A stretch of 63,244 bases of DNA, filler included, from Olpidium bornovanus S191 (GCA_017911155.1; 27 parts of 27 records of this genome joined end to end with filler, not necessarily neighbours in it); one strand, 5' to 3'; shown: positions 47,206-60,571, counted from the first letter of the whole stretch. The notes: generated from the sequence alone by a model not told the origin. Numbers and translations are program-made.

Positions 47206-48743
47206 CTAAATTCCTTCTGGATCACTTTTGAAGAGTGTCAGAGCCGATCGCGGGGCATTGCCGAACGGTGGGGGCGGACGCCCGCCACCCGCAACAAATG
47301 GTGGAATAATTTTATGTATTTGCATGTGGCGCACGTCTCGGTTACCTTCGTTTGCGTCCGCCCGGTATCTCCTCTGGTACATCTCGAAGACGGCGCGGAG
47401 GTGCTCCTCGGGACACCTGGTGAGGAGGTTGATGATGGCCTTCTCGTCCGTGCCGAACTTGCCCTCGCCCGCCCTGTACAGCGCGTCGACGTCGCTTTCG
47501 ACGTTGCCATGGCCGGTTTCGTTGCGGCACCCTTCCAGAAGCGCGGCGAAAAGGGTCTTCACGTGTCCGGAAGTGTCGCCCTTGACCTCGTCGGTAATGT
47601 CCTTTCCGTACAGGACTTTGTAGGCCTCTTTTGTTTTTTGTTTTATTTTATTTTTTTTGTGAGATTTTCCGATCCCCCGTGGGGTGAGGAGGAAGCGGGT
47701 GGGGGGTGCCGCGCGCGCGCGCCGAAAGAGCAAAAAAACGAGCCGCGGAATTATTTTTTTTTCGTCAGTGAAACTCGCCGAGCAGGTTTGGGAGAGCGGG
47801 GGAGGGTAATTTTTTATTTTATTTTATTTTTTTTTTTTTTCCTCGTGTTTGGCTGAAACACAAAAATGCCCAACGACGTAAAACCGGGGTTGTCCACCCC
47901 CCCCCCCCCCCCCCCACCCCCTTGCCGCCTTTTTCCACCACCGGCTTCCCGGGGGTTTTTCCCGAAAACCGACCCTTGATGTCTCTGATCTCCGAGTTCG
48001 AGCGCCCGACGAGAACTTCGATGAGCAGGCTTTCGTCGGTGCTGGATATTGAGAGTCAAGTACGAAGAGAAAAGCACGAACTCGATGCGTTTCAGCGCAC
48101 TAGTCATTCAGGATTATCCCTAAAAGCCGAGCGAGGGCAGCACGCGCGCGCCCCGCTTGCCAAAGCGCTACTTACCCCAGGCCCTCGATTGCCTTGTGTG
48201 TCAATTCGGCGTCGAAATCTAGGACAACAATTTGTACCAGTTAAGCGTTGCCGACCCACCAACCCACCTACCCCCCCCCCCCCCCCCCCCCCACCCCCCC
48301 CCCCCCCCCCCCCCCCTTCGAGCCACAACGCCCCCCACCTCCCCCTCCCCGTTTTCCTCCACCATCTAACTCGGCCCCTCCCAAAAAACCTACCAGCGGG
48401 CGGCGTCGTGATCGCGACCAGGAGTTTGCTGAAATTGCCGCTGGTCTGCGGAAATTATGGGAATCCCCCCATCCGAGTAATCAGTTTCTTTTCTTTTGTT
48501 TTTTCAAGAGCAAAGAAGAAAATCCCGCAACGATGTTTCTTGCGCGCCGCATGTCCGGCGGGGGGGGGCTGGGGATGGACATGGGGCCGTTGCTCCCCTT
48601 TCCCCCACTCCCAACCCCCCAAGTTGCTCCCCTTTCCCCCACTCCCAACCCCCCTTTCCCCCAAAGTTTACTCACTTCTTTTTTCAGTTCTTTCTGGAGG
48701 TCGCACCCGAGGTTGTGCCGGTAGGTTTTACAGATGGTCACCA
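47206..48743 (-). CDS. Annexin, internal fragment
   Basis: Spliced DLQKELKKE|TSGNFSKLLVAI..|DFDAELTHKAIEGLG|TDESLLIEVLVGRSNSEIRDIK|EAYKVLYGKDITDEVKGDTSG..ALYRAGEGKFGTDEKAII: annexin repeats 1-3. Confidence 0.95.
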
Positions 48744-48843
48744 NNNNNNNNNNNNNNNNNNNNNNNNNNNNNNNNNNNNNNNNNNNNTTAATTAATTAAN
48801 NNNNNNNNNNNNNNNNNNNNNNNNNNNNNNNNNNNNNNNNNNN

Positions 48844-50413
48844 CATGAGATCGAGGTTCTCTGCAATTTTCCGGTCGGATAATAGTCAACTCGATTCACA
48901 TATGCAACAGCACATAGATCCGGGGTATAGACGCAATGCGCATACTACATTAGAACCATTCTGACAGTCCAAAACTCACCGTCCGCCGTATACTGGTACT
49001 GTCCGACTTCAACGTCCGTTAGCGGGATAGGGGCCCAGAGAAGGTAGCCCGTTTTGTTGTCCACGCGCTTTAAAATCTCCGCTCGACTCATCGGCCGCAC
49101 GACAGCAAGGATGTCGGTGAAGAGGTGAAGATTAATGCGACCCCGCGGGCGCACCATTGCGGCAAACTGGGATCTTGAACCCATCCGCCAGCTCAAGAGC
49201 GGGCAGACCTCCGTGAATGACTCGACCATCACCATCCTCCGCCGCGCAAGCTCGTCCGCGTTCCACGACGATGTGAAAACGGAGGTACAGTGGGACTTCT
49301 TTCAATTTTAATATCATAATCCGACAGCGAGCAGAAAGTAAACCACAGGGATAGTTTGCAGAGACACTTTTCAGCTTGGATAACCCACGTACTTTTCTCC
49401 GATAATCAGGAATTCTGGTAACTCACTGTGTCCGGTCTGATACTAGGGTTCTTTGGATCCCTCAATTTCGACATGTCTAGCTGCTTCTCAAAGGTCACCA
49501 TGGCTTCCCAGTCCAACGCAGCTTGCCGTGCACCGTATACCATCTTCAAAAATTTCTCTAGCAGCTCCCTTATTGCTCCAAGCTGGATCGAAAGGGCGGT
49601 GTCGCCTGTCGAGTCCACGAGTTTCTGCAAATAGATCAGTGTTCCATTAGCAAGACTCGATCATTGTTTGCAAAATGACTGCGATGGCTCACCAATATTA
49701 GCAGCTTATAGTTGAAGAAGATTTGCAACGGCTTCCCGAAGGCAGCATTGAGAGGCCAGATCCGTATGTCGGCGGAGAACAATCTCTGGAAGCACGGTAA
49801 AAGTCGCGTCAGCCGCGGGGCTTTTACAAAGCCGAGCTGTCAGACAAGTCTCGCTATCTGATCTCGCCTTGAGCAGCGTCGAAGTCGCTTGGTCGCTAGT
49901 CAGTTGACATACAACATCGGCGGTGAGAGCGTACCGTCGATAGTACAAATCGTACGCAGCCGCACTTCGCTCCAATGCGTCTTGGATTATACGAGGGATC
50001 CGTCCTCGGCGCTCGGGAAACCGCGTTCGCGATAAATCCTAAAAAATCGCAGCAGCAGCGGCGGCCGAGGTACATCCAGGCAGACGGAAAAAGAACCACC
50101 CGCGTTCGATGACACGCGCGCGTGCCGCTTTTCAGCACGACGGGGCGGTGCAAAATGTAGCGCAACCACGTATGCAAAGCACGTCGCGAACCTCGAGAAA
50201 CCGAGAACTGAACGCTTGGAGCTCCCGCAGGTTCGAAAAGAGAATCTGCTTTTTGTCCGCGGACAACGCATTGGAAGCGTCCAAAACAGGCGACACATTC
50301 TGCAGGAGAGCGGTCAAAGTCGCGTTGTAGTCTGCCTCGAGGTCCAGCAGCTCGTCCAGGAAGTGCAACAGGGCGTCCGGCTTCTCCGAGCTCCGGAGTT
50401 CGTGCAATCCCGA
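48844..50413 (-). CDS. Rho guanine nucleotide exchange factor (DH-PH), partial; further 5' exons likely up to about 51136
   Basis: DH motifs LDELLDLEADYNATL, ILFSNLRELQAFSSRFLE|DL, YDLYYRRY and WPLNAAFGKPLQIFFNYKLL. PH-like RRMVMVESF..INLHLFTDILAVV. Exon phases are consistent. Confidence 0.75.
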
Positions 50414-51658
50414 CTGAAACCGTCGCTGCTGCGGCGGCGGCGGCTAGGAATGCGAGAGAAAGAGGGGAAGCGCGTGGGGGTGTCTCAGAGAAACGCGTCG
50501 GCGTTAGGTTGTCACGAAACCGGCGGGCGCGCGATCAAGCGATCCGCAGCGTACCGCCGGGGACGGAAATCGCGCCGAAGCCAGCATGCTGCACACGGCG
50601 GGGAGCCGCCCAAACCGGGGACAATGAGGCGAAGCCTCGGCGCGCTCTTTGCGCGTTCCGCGGGTGGCGTCCGCCCGGTGAACTCGTCGTCAGTTGCCAC
50701 TCGTGACTTCACTCAGTTTCCCAGTCGCCAAGTGCGAGGGGGAGGGGGATATCGCGTTGGCGTTCGCCCTGACCAACGTCCGTCTTCTTCCTCCAAAAGC
50801 GGCGTGCGAGAGCAGCCCTTCTGTTTGGTTTGGCTTGGGGGACGGGCGGGCGGCGGCGCGCGGGCGACAGCGGCGGCGACCCGAATTCTCCCCGTCCGGG
50901 ATTGCGGGCGCCGCGGCGGCCTCCCTTTCCGTTTGGTCGCGAAGTCCCCCTAGGGCCCTTTTTTGTGCTCTGCGGACGAGGGCTTTTTCCTGCCGAGCAT
51001 CGAGCGTTACGGGCCCATGTCCCGCGGGCATCGCGCCAAAATCTCGAACGTGCAGCCTGTCCGGTCCCCGGCCGCCGTGGAACCGCCTCCGGAGCGAAAG
51101 ACCGACCCTCGGTAGCCCGTAAAGGCGATCCATAGGNNNNNNNNNNNNNNNNNNNNNNNNNNNNNNNNNNNNNNNNNNNNTTAATTAATTAANNNNNNNN
51201 NNNNNNNNNNNNNNNNNNNNNNNNNNNNNNNNNNNNCATGGACGTGAGTAACCGCCATCTACGCGAACGGACGACCGTGGGGATAAAATCGCTTACCACG
51301 ATGTCAGGGCTAGGCGTCGTTAGCTCCAAGGGCCCGGAGGGGGCGTCTTCCTGGGCAGTCTTGATTTTTGGAGCATTGTCAGCATCCCTAGGCGGGCAGG
51401 TTTTTGGAAGCGCCATCGCCCGAGGCGTTCGCTTACCACGAAGACGGTCGTGGTATCCTGCGGCGTCCCGGTGGCCTCAGCCGCAAAAGAATTCACGGCG
51501 TCCTGTTTCCCCCGGAATGGTCAGCCGGATGCGCCGATTGACGTGCATTTTCAATCCAGAGCGGCAGAATCCTACCGCTGTTGTGTCCGTGTCTGGCGAA
51601 GGGACGGACGATCCGTCGGCTTTGGCCGTGCCAGAAGCAATCTAGAAACCCTGACGGG

Positions 51659-52491
51659 TTAGCTTCGAAGTTGTTTTAGTCGAGAGCCGCTTTGATCTTC
51701 TTTTACCACGATGACCGTCGTCGTTTCCGCGGCTGGGGAGGATGTCGTCGTTTCCGCGGCTGAGGAGGATGTCGCCATTTCAGCGGCTGGGGAGGATGCC
51801 GTCGTTTCCACGGCTGGGGAGGATGCCGTCGTTCTCGCGGCTGGGGAGGATGTCGTCGTTTCCGCGGCTGGGGACGATGTCGCCGTTTCCGCGGCTGAGG
51901 AGGATGTCGTCATTTCCGCGGCTGGGGAGGATGTCGTCGTTTCCGCCGCTGGGGAGGATGCCGTCGTTTCCGCTGCTGGAGAGGGTGAGTCGGACGCGGA
52001 CAGGTCCGACGGCTCGCCGACCGTCACCGTCTGCCGAAACCCGGGAGTATTATTCACTAATATCACCGCATGGGACGTTTTTTTTTGGGTGAGGGGAAGA
52101 CATCGGGAGTTTACCGGCGAAAGGTCGCTTACCTCGACCACGGTAACCACGTTGACTCGCGAGGTGGCGGCGGCAAGGGCGGTCGGCCGACGCTGGTAAG
52201 GAGAATAATCAGTACTGAGGCTTAAGGTACCGTCGAATTCGGACCTGGGTAAACGCGGTACTTACTTGGACGGGGCTGCTGAACCACCCGATGGCCACGG
52301 GATCCCGGGAGCGGAACGGAGTAATCTTGATTGTGTGATACCCCGGGCCGAGCATGACTTCCCCGCTGCTGTAATCCGGGTTCTTGAACGCTTCCTGCGC
52401 TTTATCAAGTCCCAGCGGATTCGGGCATGTTGATTTAACTCGTGTTTGTTTCGTCTGGAACACGAGCGTGCCGTCGACCGATAGGGAATAG
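51659..52491 (-). CDS. Probable secreted/cell-surface protein: beta-rich domain plus Ser/Thr/Ala mucin-like stalk, 5' truncated
   Basis: Exons 52491-52266, 52192-52133 and 52030-51659 splice in frame. YSLSVDGTLVFQT..CPNPLG..NPDYSSGEVMLGPGYHTIKI is followed by (SSPAAETTT)n. Confidence 0.65.
51717..51986. repeat. 27-bp coding minisatellite, 10 copies
   Basis: Unit gtcgtcgtttccgcggctggggaggat repeated 10 times with point variants. It encodes 9-aa TTSSPAAET units on the minus strand. Confidence 0.97.
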
Positions 52492-52646
52492 CTGGCCCGG
52501 AACGGGCGAGCAGAAAAGCGGCGGACCGGGAACGCGTTCGAAATGANNNNNNNNNNNNNNNNNNNNNNNNNNNNNNNNNNNNNNNNNNNNTTAATTAATT
52601 AANNNNNNNNNNNNNNNNNNNNNNNNNNNNNNNNNNNNNNNNNNNN

Positions 52647-53294
52647 AGAGCTCGCCTACGAGCGCCATCGAGTCGAGAAGCTCCAGGCAACAGCGGGCAA
52701 AACGCACCCACGCAAATTGAAACCGGACGTGGAAGGGTCAGAGGTAAGTAACATCATTCCGGGCATGATGGCATGCTGGCCCTACTCGACTTAGCTTCGA
52801 CTCTACTCGACTTAGCCTCGACTCTACTGGACTTGTGACATGAAGCCGAAAAAGCCCGTGGAAGACTCATACCTTACCCCCGTCATCCCCCTCTTCCCTC
52901 TTCTGGATAGGCGGATAATCTTCGCACAAAATTGGCGATCCAAAAGGACGAGAACGAAGCTCTTCGCATGACGTTGACGACGACCGTGGAGCGCAAGGAG
53001 TCGGAGCTGAGGGAGATGTATGAGCTCCTAGACCAGACGAGGTCCAGCATCCTCAGCGGAATACTGAAACCAAAACGTGTGCACGCCGGGAAAGCCACCT
53101 CGCCCGCTCCAGCGGCCGTCAGGGGAGCGACTGACAAAAGTCAGCGAAAGCCGCGCGCAACAGAGAACATTGCCCAGGGCGAGACCGAACGGGACGACGT
53201 GCGAGCAAAAAACGAGCCTGCGCTAGAACGTCAAACCGTAGTCCCCGTGCTGCCTGCGACGCTGCCCCGGCTGCTCCCGTCCGAGGGGTGGTAA
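52647..53294 (+). CDS. Unidentified coiled-coil protein fragment
   Basis: Exon 52647-52743 (donor gtaagt) and an exon from about 52910, ADNLRTKLAIQKDENEALRMTLTTTVERKESELREMYELLDQTR, with heptad character. Confidence 0.45.
52782..52834. repeat. 21-bp intronic tandem repeat, about 2.5 copies
   Basis: ctactcgacttagcttcgact / ctactcgacttagcctcgact / ctactggactt. Confidence 0.85.
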
Positions 53295-56200
53295 ACAGAG
53301 TGGATTGCCCGATGTCCCCCCAGACCTACAGGGGGGACAAGGCGGTGGGGGGATGCCGCGGGCACTCTCCAGAAGCACGTTTTGGCTTTTGTTGGTACAG
53401 GGCGTGCTGGCATCTTAGGCACCCTAGTCCGCCGAGCGTCGACGTGCGTGAAACACGGAGACGACCGATGGGCGGGGGCCCTGCAGGATCGGAGAGGCCG
53501 ACCGGCCGGCAGAATCGTCCTTTTGTGACGGCGGGGACCGCCGCTTTGACCCCCGCTCTGTCCAACCATGACCCCGCCCACCTCGCGACCGCCGCAAGCA
53601 ACGGGCCGCCCGCGGGTGCGCAGCCACGATTAGCAAGTGGAGAAACCGTGCCACGGCCCAGCCAACGACCGGCCACGGATGTGGCTGCCGAGCTGGATGC
53701 AACTCCGCCGGGCTGGCTTCCAATTCCCAAGTTGTGAGCGGGACCAAATGCAGAGCCACCGCATCGCAGCCACAGCTGCACTGTTTCAGACGCCGGCCCC
53801 GCGTTTGCGGAGAGAGCTCACGCGTTTTGCGGTACAGCAACAGATACCAAGGGCAACCAACTTGTGCCCTGATGATCCGTCGTGCGATCGCTGCATTGCG
53901 GAATACAACCACACGTAAAAGCATTGTCGAGTCCGTGCGGTACAGGCCGCTTAGCTTGTTTTTTTTTTTACCAAGAAACCCCTGTACTTTCGAAACGTCG
54001 GCGGGGGATATGGAGGCGGCGCAGTGGACGTGCGCGCCTCTCGCCGGACGCGACGACGCCGGGCGAGCGCAGTTTGAAACGAAAGAACCCTCCACGTTGG
54101 CCTTTGAGAGCATAGAGCCGGGCGGCGCCGGCGGCCTGCTCTACTCCGGCGACTTCCGGCGAGATTCATTTGTTGCGGTCGCGCGTTGCTGCTAGATGAC
54201 AAAGCTTCATCATGACAAAGAGTTTCCTTGGTTCGTCTAGGGTGCCTTTTCTTCATACCTCAACCAAAAAAGATTTCGAGGGGAGCGCGTCTTGGGCCAC
54301 GGTCTCCGTTGCCATCCATGTAGTTCAGACCGTACTGCCGAGAGCTAGGTTTTCCAGCTGGACCTGTTGCCTACGTACACCACCTTGCGCGAACCAACCA
54401 GTCTGCTTGCTACACGGCACAAGAAAGGCTCCATAAGCCGGAAATGAACAGCAAAACAACAGGAAGAATCAAATGAACATTCTGCAGTAAAATACAGGAT
54501 GGCGAGATGCGCTACAGCCTATACGAACAAGAGCTATTTGCCTTGGTCGCACTACTGCGCGGGCGGAAAACACTGAGCTGAGTGATGGGAAGATTGGGGA
54601 GCTGGGAGGCCAGGCGAGGCGAACTAGGAAGGACCGGAGAACCCCGCGAGTTTTTTTTTTCAATCCGGGAATTTGCGAATTCGAGGCAAATCCGCAAATC
54701 CTGCAAATGCGAAACCCGCGAATCTGCAAAAATTTTGAATCTGCAAATCTTTCAACCACGGTGTGGGCTTGTCGAGGAAAAACGACTTTGTAGTATCCAT
54801 CCGGTATTAGCATTCTCCGTGAGCAGGCGCCGCGGTCAGGGGCAAGGATATTGTTGCCGCCTTTAAATTCTTTCTGCATTCCCCGTTGGAATTTACTTGA
54901 GCTCATGNNNNNNNNNNNNNNNNNNNNNNNNNNNNNNNNNNNNNNNNNNNNTTAATTAATTAANNNNNNNNNNNNNNNNNNNNNNNNNNNNNNNNNNNNN
55001 NNNNNNNGAAAAGAGAAGTAGATCAAAAGGAAGCGGGGTACGTACGTCCTTCGCCCTCCGCCGCCTGCAAGCGGGCGCCAATTTGGCGCAGTATTTCGTT
55101 TGCTGTGACACCGGAGTCGGGGCTCATGTCGGCAACGGCGTCGCTGCCTACTGCGGCATGAAGATTTATGTGGTCAAACAAGCAACATGCGGCAAAACCT
55201 TCTAACAAGCCAAAAAATGATGGAACTTTTGCGCCCTATATGGCAGCGACGCCATTGCCCCTGTTCAAAAGGCGGACAGCCATCATCTCAAAACCGAGGT
55301 CACCTATTGCGCGCGCCCGGCCTCCGCCAAATTTGAAAATGGAGGCAGAGTCAAACGGCCAAGTTTGCAGTTGACGCCAATGCGAGCAGCAGTTCTTCCT
55401 CAGTCTGTTTAGGGATCGCCCTCGCTTTTTCCGGGTCCTGCGACGCCGGCCGTCACTCGCGGCGAGATGCAGCAGAGGTAAAAAAAAAATAAATAAATAA
55501 GTAAAAAAAATAATAAAAAAATAAAATAAAATAAAATAAAATAAAAATAAAAGAAAAATAAAATAAAATAAAGAACGAGTCAAACGCACAGCTGATCAGC
55601 GTCAGCGTCACATTTCGCAAGGGATAAAAACGGGTAGATTTCAGGGTGTGTGAACCCCCCGGTCCAACTCAACCTGGTCTCCGTCGCTGATTTTCAACAA
55701 CGGGCGAGTGAGTGCACGCCCGCGCAGTACCCTGCACTGCACTCAACAACAACAATGGGGGAGTCGCATTGCCTATTTCTCTGCGCGTACTTCGACTCTC
55801 TTGGCGGATGAAGCGTCAACAGAATCTGTTGCTCTCAAGCAGCACCGGATGGTTTGTGCGTGCAGGGTTGGTAGGGCGCATTGGGGGGATGAGGGATTTG
55901 ACAGCAGCGGTGTCGCGTGGTGGGGGCCACGACGTAGGCTGCCCGGTGTTAAGATGCCCGTCGAGCGTCGCAGCGGGGAGTGAGTCGACGAGTGGTCAAC
56001 CACGGCAGGTCTGACCATCCGACGATTGTAATGACGGCAACGATGAGCAAGGGATGTTCGGGTAGGACGACGAAGGCATACTGCGGGCGGCCCGTCGGGA
56101 GAGTGCCTGCCGCTCAGAACGCAAGTGATGCGGCGGCGGCATGTTGCGCTTCCGAAGACGCCACACGACGTGTGTGCAATGACCTCCAGCACCTTTGATC

Positions 56201-57254
56201 AATGTGTTGGTGAAAATTAATCACTTTGACTACACCAATGCGACAGCCTCCATGCGATTGTTAGAGTTCAGGCTACATGTTTTAGATGTCCAAGACGTCA
56301 GACGGCTTTATACATTCCATAAAGTCATTGACATGGCCAACAAGAAATCGAAGAGGGTGAAGAAAAAAGAATCAAGCTCGTTATGCGGAAACCGTTTCTT
56401 TTTTTCGGTGCGCTGCGGCGAGAGAGAGTCGAAGCGGATGAAGTGCGAAATCNNNNNNNNNNNNNNNNNNNNNNNNNNNNNNNNNNNNNNNNNNNNTTAA
56501 TTAATTAANNNNNNNNNNNNNNNNNNNNNNNNNNNNNNNNNNNNNNNNNNNNCATGTTGGCGTCGTTCCGAGTAGCCACCGGACCCTTCTCCAAAGGGTC
56601 GTCCGCACCCTCCATTTCTCCCGCATTTGGTGTCCGAATGCTGTAATTTACACACTGGCCTCAGCTCCAAATTTCACACCGCCACCCCACCCCTTTCCCC
56701 CATTCTTCCACACACATCGCGCAAAAAAAAAAAAAAAAAAAAAATTCCTTCCACAGAATTCAACGTTGCTCCGACCTAGTAGACACCTTTGTTTTCATTT
56801 ATATATTTTTTAGTTTTTTTATTTTTTTCATATTTTTTGATCAGATTTTTCTTTTGACATCGACACGCCATACAGTCCGGCGCGTCTGCCGCGAGGTTGG
56901 CCGCACATAACCAATAGTGATGTGGCCAATCGTCGTGCCCTCAGTCTTCAAAAAAAAACAAAAAGGTAGAAAAAAAAAAGGCGTGAGGGGGGGTGTGGTG
57001 CTCCAGAATCGCGGGCTGAACGCACAGAGATAGATAGTAAGCAAATTAAGCGATACGAGGGCGACAGGTCTGTAGCAGACAACGCCGAGATTGGAGGGCC
57101 GCAAAGCGCCAATAAATACACGTAGAAATTCGATCCGGCCCGACAGGAACTTTAAGCTGACGGGGTTACGGCACGAGGCGCGAAAGATAGAGAAAGAAAA
57201 AGAAGAAGAAAAAAAAAAGGATCCACAACGGGCGGGAAGAAACGGGATGTAAAA

Positions 57255-59873
57255 TCACCGCCAGACGATGATCAGCGCCGTCACCGCGACGACGAGGACG
57301 ATCGCCAGCGCGTCGTTGACTCTGGAAAGCAGTCGCTCTCGAGCCATCAGTGCCTCCAAGTCTCCGACGTAGGCGCGGTCGCCGGAAATGGTAGAGAGCC
57401 TGCAGACGGCCCGCGGGATGTACACGTGGTCCGAGTCCGCCTCCGACGGCGCGATGTCCCGAGTGTTGGTGCGGTCGAAGCCGAGCGACGAAACGACGGA
57501 CGTGACCGTCCGGGCGTCGTCGTTACTGCAGCAGCCCGCCATCCCGCAGCTGGCCGGCGAGCGCTCGCCGAATGCCGCCTGGGTGAAGCGGAAAGACGGC
57601 GGCGGCGCCATGTACGCCGAGGCGGCCAGACCCTTCTCCGGGTCCACATCGCCACTCTGCCGCGGCGTCGGCCCAGTCTCTCTGAAGATGACGTCCGTGT
57701 CGCATGGCTGCGATCCCCACCACTCGCGCTTCCCGTGCCAAACGGTCAGCCGGCGCATTGCCTGGCGCTCCTCGCCTTCGGGCACCCAGCCGCTCAGCCA
57801 CGAGCCAACGAGGGTGGTGATCGCCGAGACGACGAACAAGATGGACGCGTAGTGGTTGAACTGCATGCACGGGAACGAGAACCAGCGCTCGTCGTAAAAC
57901 GCTTCGCACTCTCGCTTGACAACTAGGTTCCAGACGTACTGGACGGCCCCCATGATCAGCCCGACAAGAAGGCCAGCTGTGGCGCCCGTCGCGTTGATCC
58001 TAGATGAGAAAACTCCCATGACGAAGATCGCCGTCAGAGGCGGGGCGAAGTGCGTGAACGTGTCCTGAACGATCAGATACAGCGAATTTTCCTGGCTCTC
58101 GATCACCGGAAGCCAGGCAACCGACAGGAGGGCCACCGCCGCCGTGGACAGACGGCCGAATAAGACTAGACGGCGTTCCGAGGCTACCGGATTGATAAAC
58201 CTCTGGTATATATCGAAAGTCAGGACCGATGCTGACGAGTTGAGGACGGCAGAAAGCGCACCCATCATTGCAGCTAGCATCGCAGCGACCTACGCAAGCG
58301 GAGTGTTAGGTTCGAGAGAAAAAAACGGGATTGCATATGAGAATAGGTTCCCATACCAGAACGCCCACAAGTCCCGAGTGGAACTCCCTGACGACGAGCA
58401 ACGAATACGCCTGCCGGACAGAACACAGTCAGCATTTCCTGCAACGCTTCAATTCGCGGACGGCATTGCTCGTGCACCGTACTTTGTTCGCCTGGTCAGG
58501 GTCACTCAAATCGACACTGCACCAGTTCTCGAAACCGACATCCCCAAGCTTGCACCGTTCGAACATCGCACGCGCAGCCAATCCAACGAACAGAATGACG
58601 AACGGCGGCATGATCTTAAGAAATCCCGCGAACACCAACCCCGACCTGGCGTGGCGGAGGGACCTAGCTGAGAGAACCCGTTGGGCCATCTCTTGGTCAA
58701 GGCACCAGTACTTTTTTTTTGTACAAAGCCACATGATTAGAAGACGAAAAACATGCCACCCGCACGTCATCCGGCTGTCTGCGGGACCCGAAAGCCGAAG
58801 AACACCAGAGTTTTCGGCGCTCACCCAGATGCTTGAGACGACCTGACCAAAAAACATGCCGGTCCACGCGAAGTTGGGGTCCGTGACGGGCCGAATGACG
58901 TGAAGCATGTCGCTATGGCCGGTCCGTGAAAACGCGTCCACTAGGCCCTGATAGCCGCCGACCCGCTGCATCGCTACGATGAGCGCCGCAAAGCCGCCAA
59001 TGAGCCCGATGACGACTTGCAAGATATCGGTGTAGATGACAGCGGTCAAGCCGCCAACCGCAGTATAAACGGCCGTTATCCCGAGGATGACCGGTATGGA
59101 CTTGTATATATCTACGCGCCGGGGGCCGTAAAAAGATCAGCGATCGTACGGCGCAGGCCAGGCCCTCGGCTTCAGAAACGCGAGAACATCGGAATCGAGT
59201 GGGCGTCAGCGGACTTACTCCAGCCCAGGAGGATATTCAAGAAAACCGCGCTGGCGAACAGCGTGGCGGCAATCTTGGTAAGAATGTAGGACAGCACGCA
59301 AACTGACGCCAGGATGAGTCTACACCACTTGTTGTAACGTTTTTCTAGGAACTCGGGAACGGTGACGACGGCCGAGCGCAGGTAGACCGGGGCAAACACA
59401 TATGCAAGGAGCACCAAGAGGTACGCAGCCATCCACTCGTAGAGAGAAACGGGAAACCCGTACAGCGCCGCGGTACCAGCCTAGGTAGAGCAAAAAGTTC
59501 GGGGAAACGTGTTACTCCCGACGCCCGTCGCACAGGGGAATCAAAAGCAGACACCACGGGGGCCAGCAGCTGCGGGTTCGATGCCCGTTGGAAGCCTCCT
59601 CACCTGCGCGATGTAGTGCTCGCTCCCCACGTTTGCAGCGAACAGGCTTGCGCCTATCGCCCACCAGGGCATGTTCCTCCCCGACAAGAAAAAGTCCTGG
59701 GTCGCGTCTCCAGTGTGCTCCACGCCCGTGGTCTGGTGAATCTTCCGCTGCTTCCGGGTAGAGTAAAACGTGATCGCCGCAGAACAGCCCACGAGCGTGG
59801 CAAGCGTGACGGTGAGCAGGCCGACGTCCGTCGGCAGAAGATGCACGACGCTGTCGGCCTCCTTGTCGGCCAT
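57255..59873 (-). CDS. Sodium:solute symporter (SSS/SLC5, SGLT/SMIT-like sugar or myo-inositol cotransporter), complete
   Basis: [115 protein letters not shown] and a C-terminal TM segment. Confidence 0.94.
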
Positions 59874-60073
59874 TGCTTGCCCCACTGCACGGGACCCGGT
59901 CGCAGGGGGCGGCTCCAAACGTCCCGGGGCGGGCCCTTCTCCCGCGCGCGACGGCGGGAGCAGCGGAAACGGGGAGCGGGAGGGGGGTGGAACGAGGGGG
60001 TGGGGGAGAGGGGGAGAGAAAGAGGCAGGCGCCAGACGCCGGGGACAACCGGAAATTCTGGGCCTCTTCCCTC

Positions 60074-60113
<40 letters not shown>

Positions 60114-60379
60114 CCCCCCGGGGGGGCCCCCCCCCCCGGNNNNNNNNNNNNNNNNNNNNNNNNNNNNNNNNNNNNNNNNNNNNTTAATTAATTAANNNNN
60201 NNNNNNNNNNNNNNNNNNNNNNNNNNNNNNNNNNNNNNNACACACTGGTGTGTCTAGTGAACTCGGCGATTTCTAGGTCACGTGACTTTGCGCTTGGCGG
60301 GCTACTCCCGATAAGGGCTTGACGTAGCCTGAGGGGGGTTTGACACCACCGGAGCGCGCGCCGTGACAACGCCACCGGA

Positions 60380-60571
60380 GCGCGCGCCGTGACAGTATAT
60401 GTCGACGACGTCATCATTTTCTCACGCACCTTCGACGCACACATGCGCGACCTGCGTCTCGTCTTCGAACGCTTCTTTGAAGCCAGTCTTAAATTGGAAC
60501 CATCAAAATGCTTTTTCTGCTGTTCCAAGCTCTTCTACCTCAGTTATCTCGTAACGCCGGACGTCCTATAA
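60380..60571 (+). mobile_element. Ty3/gypsy reverse transcriptase fragment
   Basis: VYVDDVIIFSRTFDAHMRDLRLVFERF..LKLEPSKCFF..YLSYLV. Confidence 0.85.

Noticed and set aside
47206-47260. Apparent frameshift in the annexin repeat 3/4 boundary (TLQK-VIQKEF)
   Set aside because: It is at the contig end with the acceptor unresolved; could be a homopolymer error or an intron, so not called a pseudogene.
54650-54745. gcaaatc/gcgaat short repeats as transposon subterminal repeats
   Set aside because: No matching terminal inverted repeat or transposase on the contig; evidence too weak.
55008-56452. Several short ORFs on this contig
   Set aside because: No recognisable motifs or consistent splice chain, so left unannotated.
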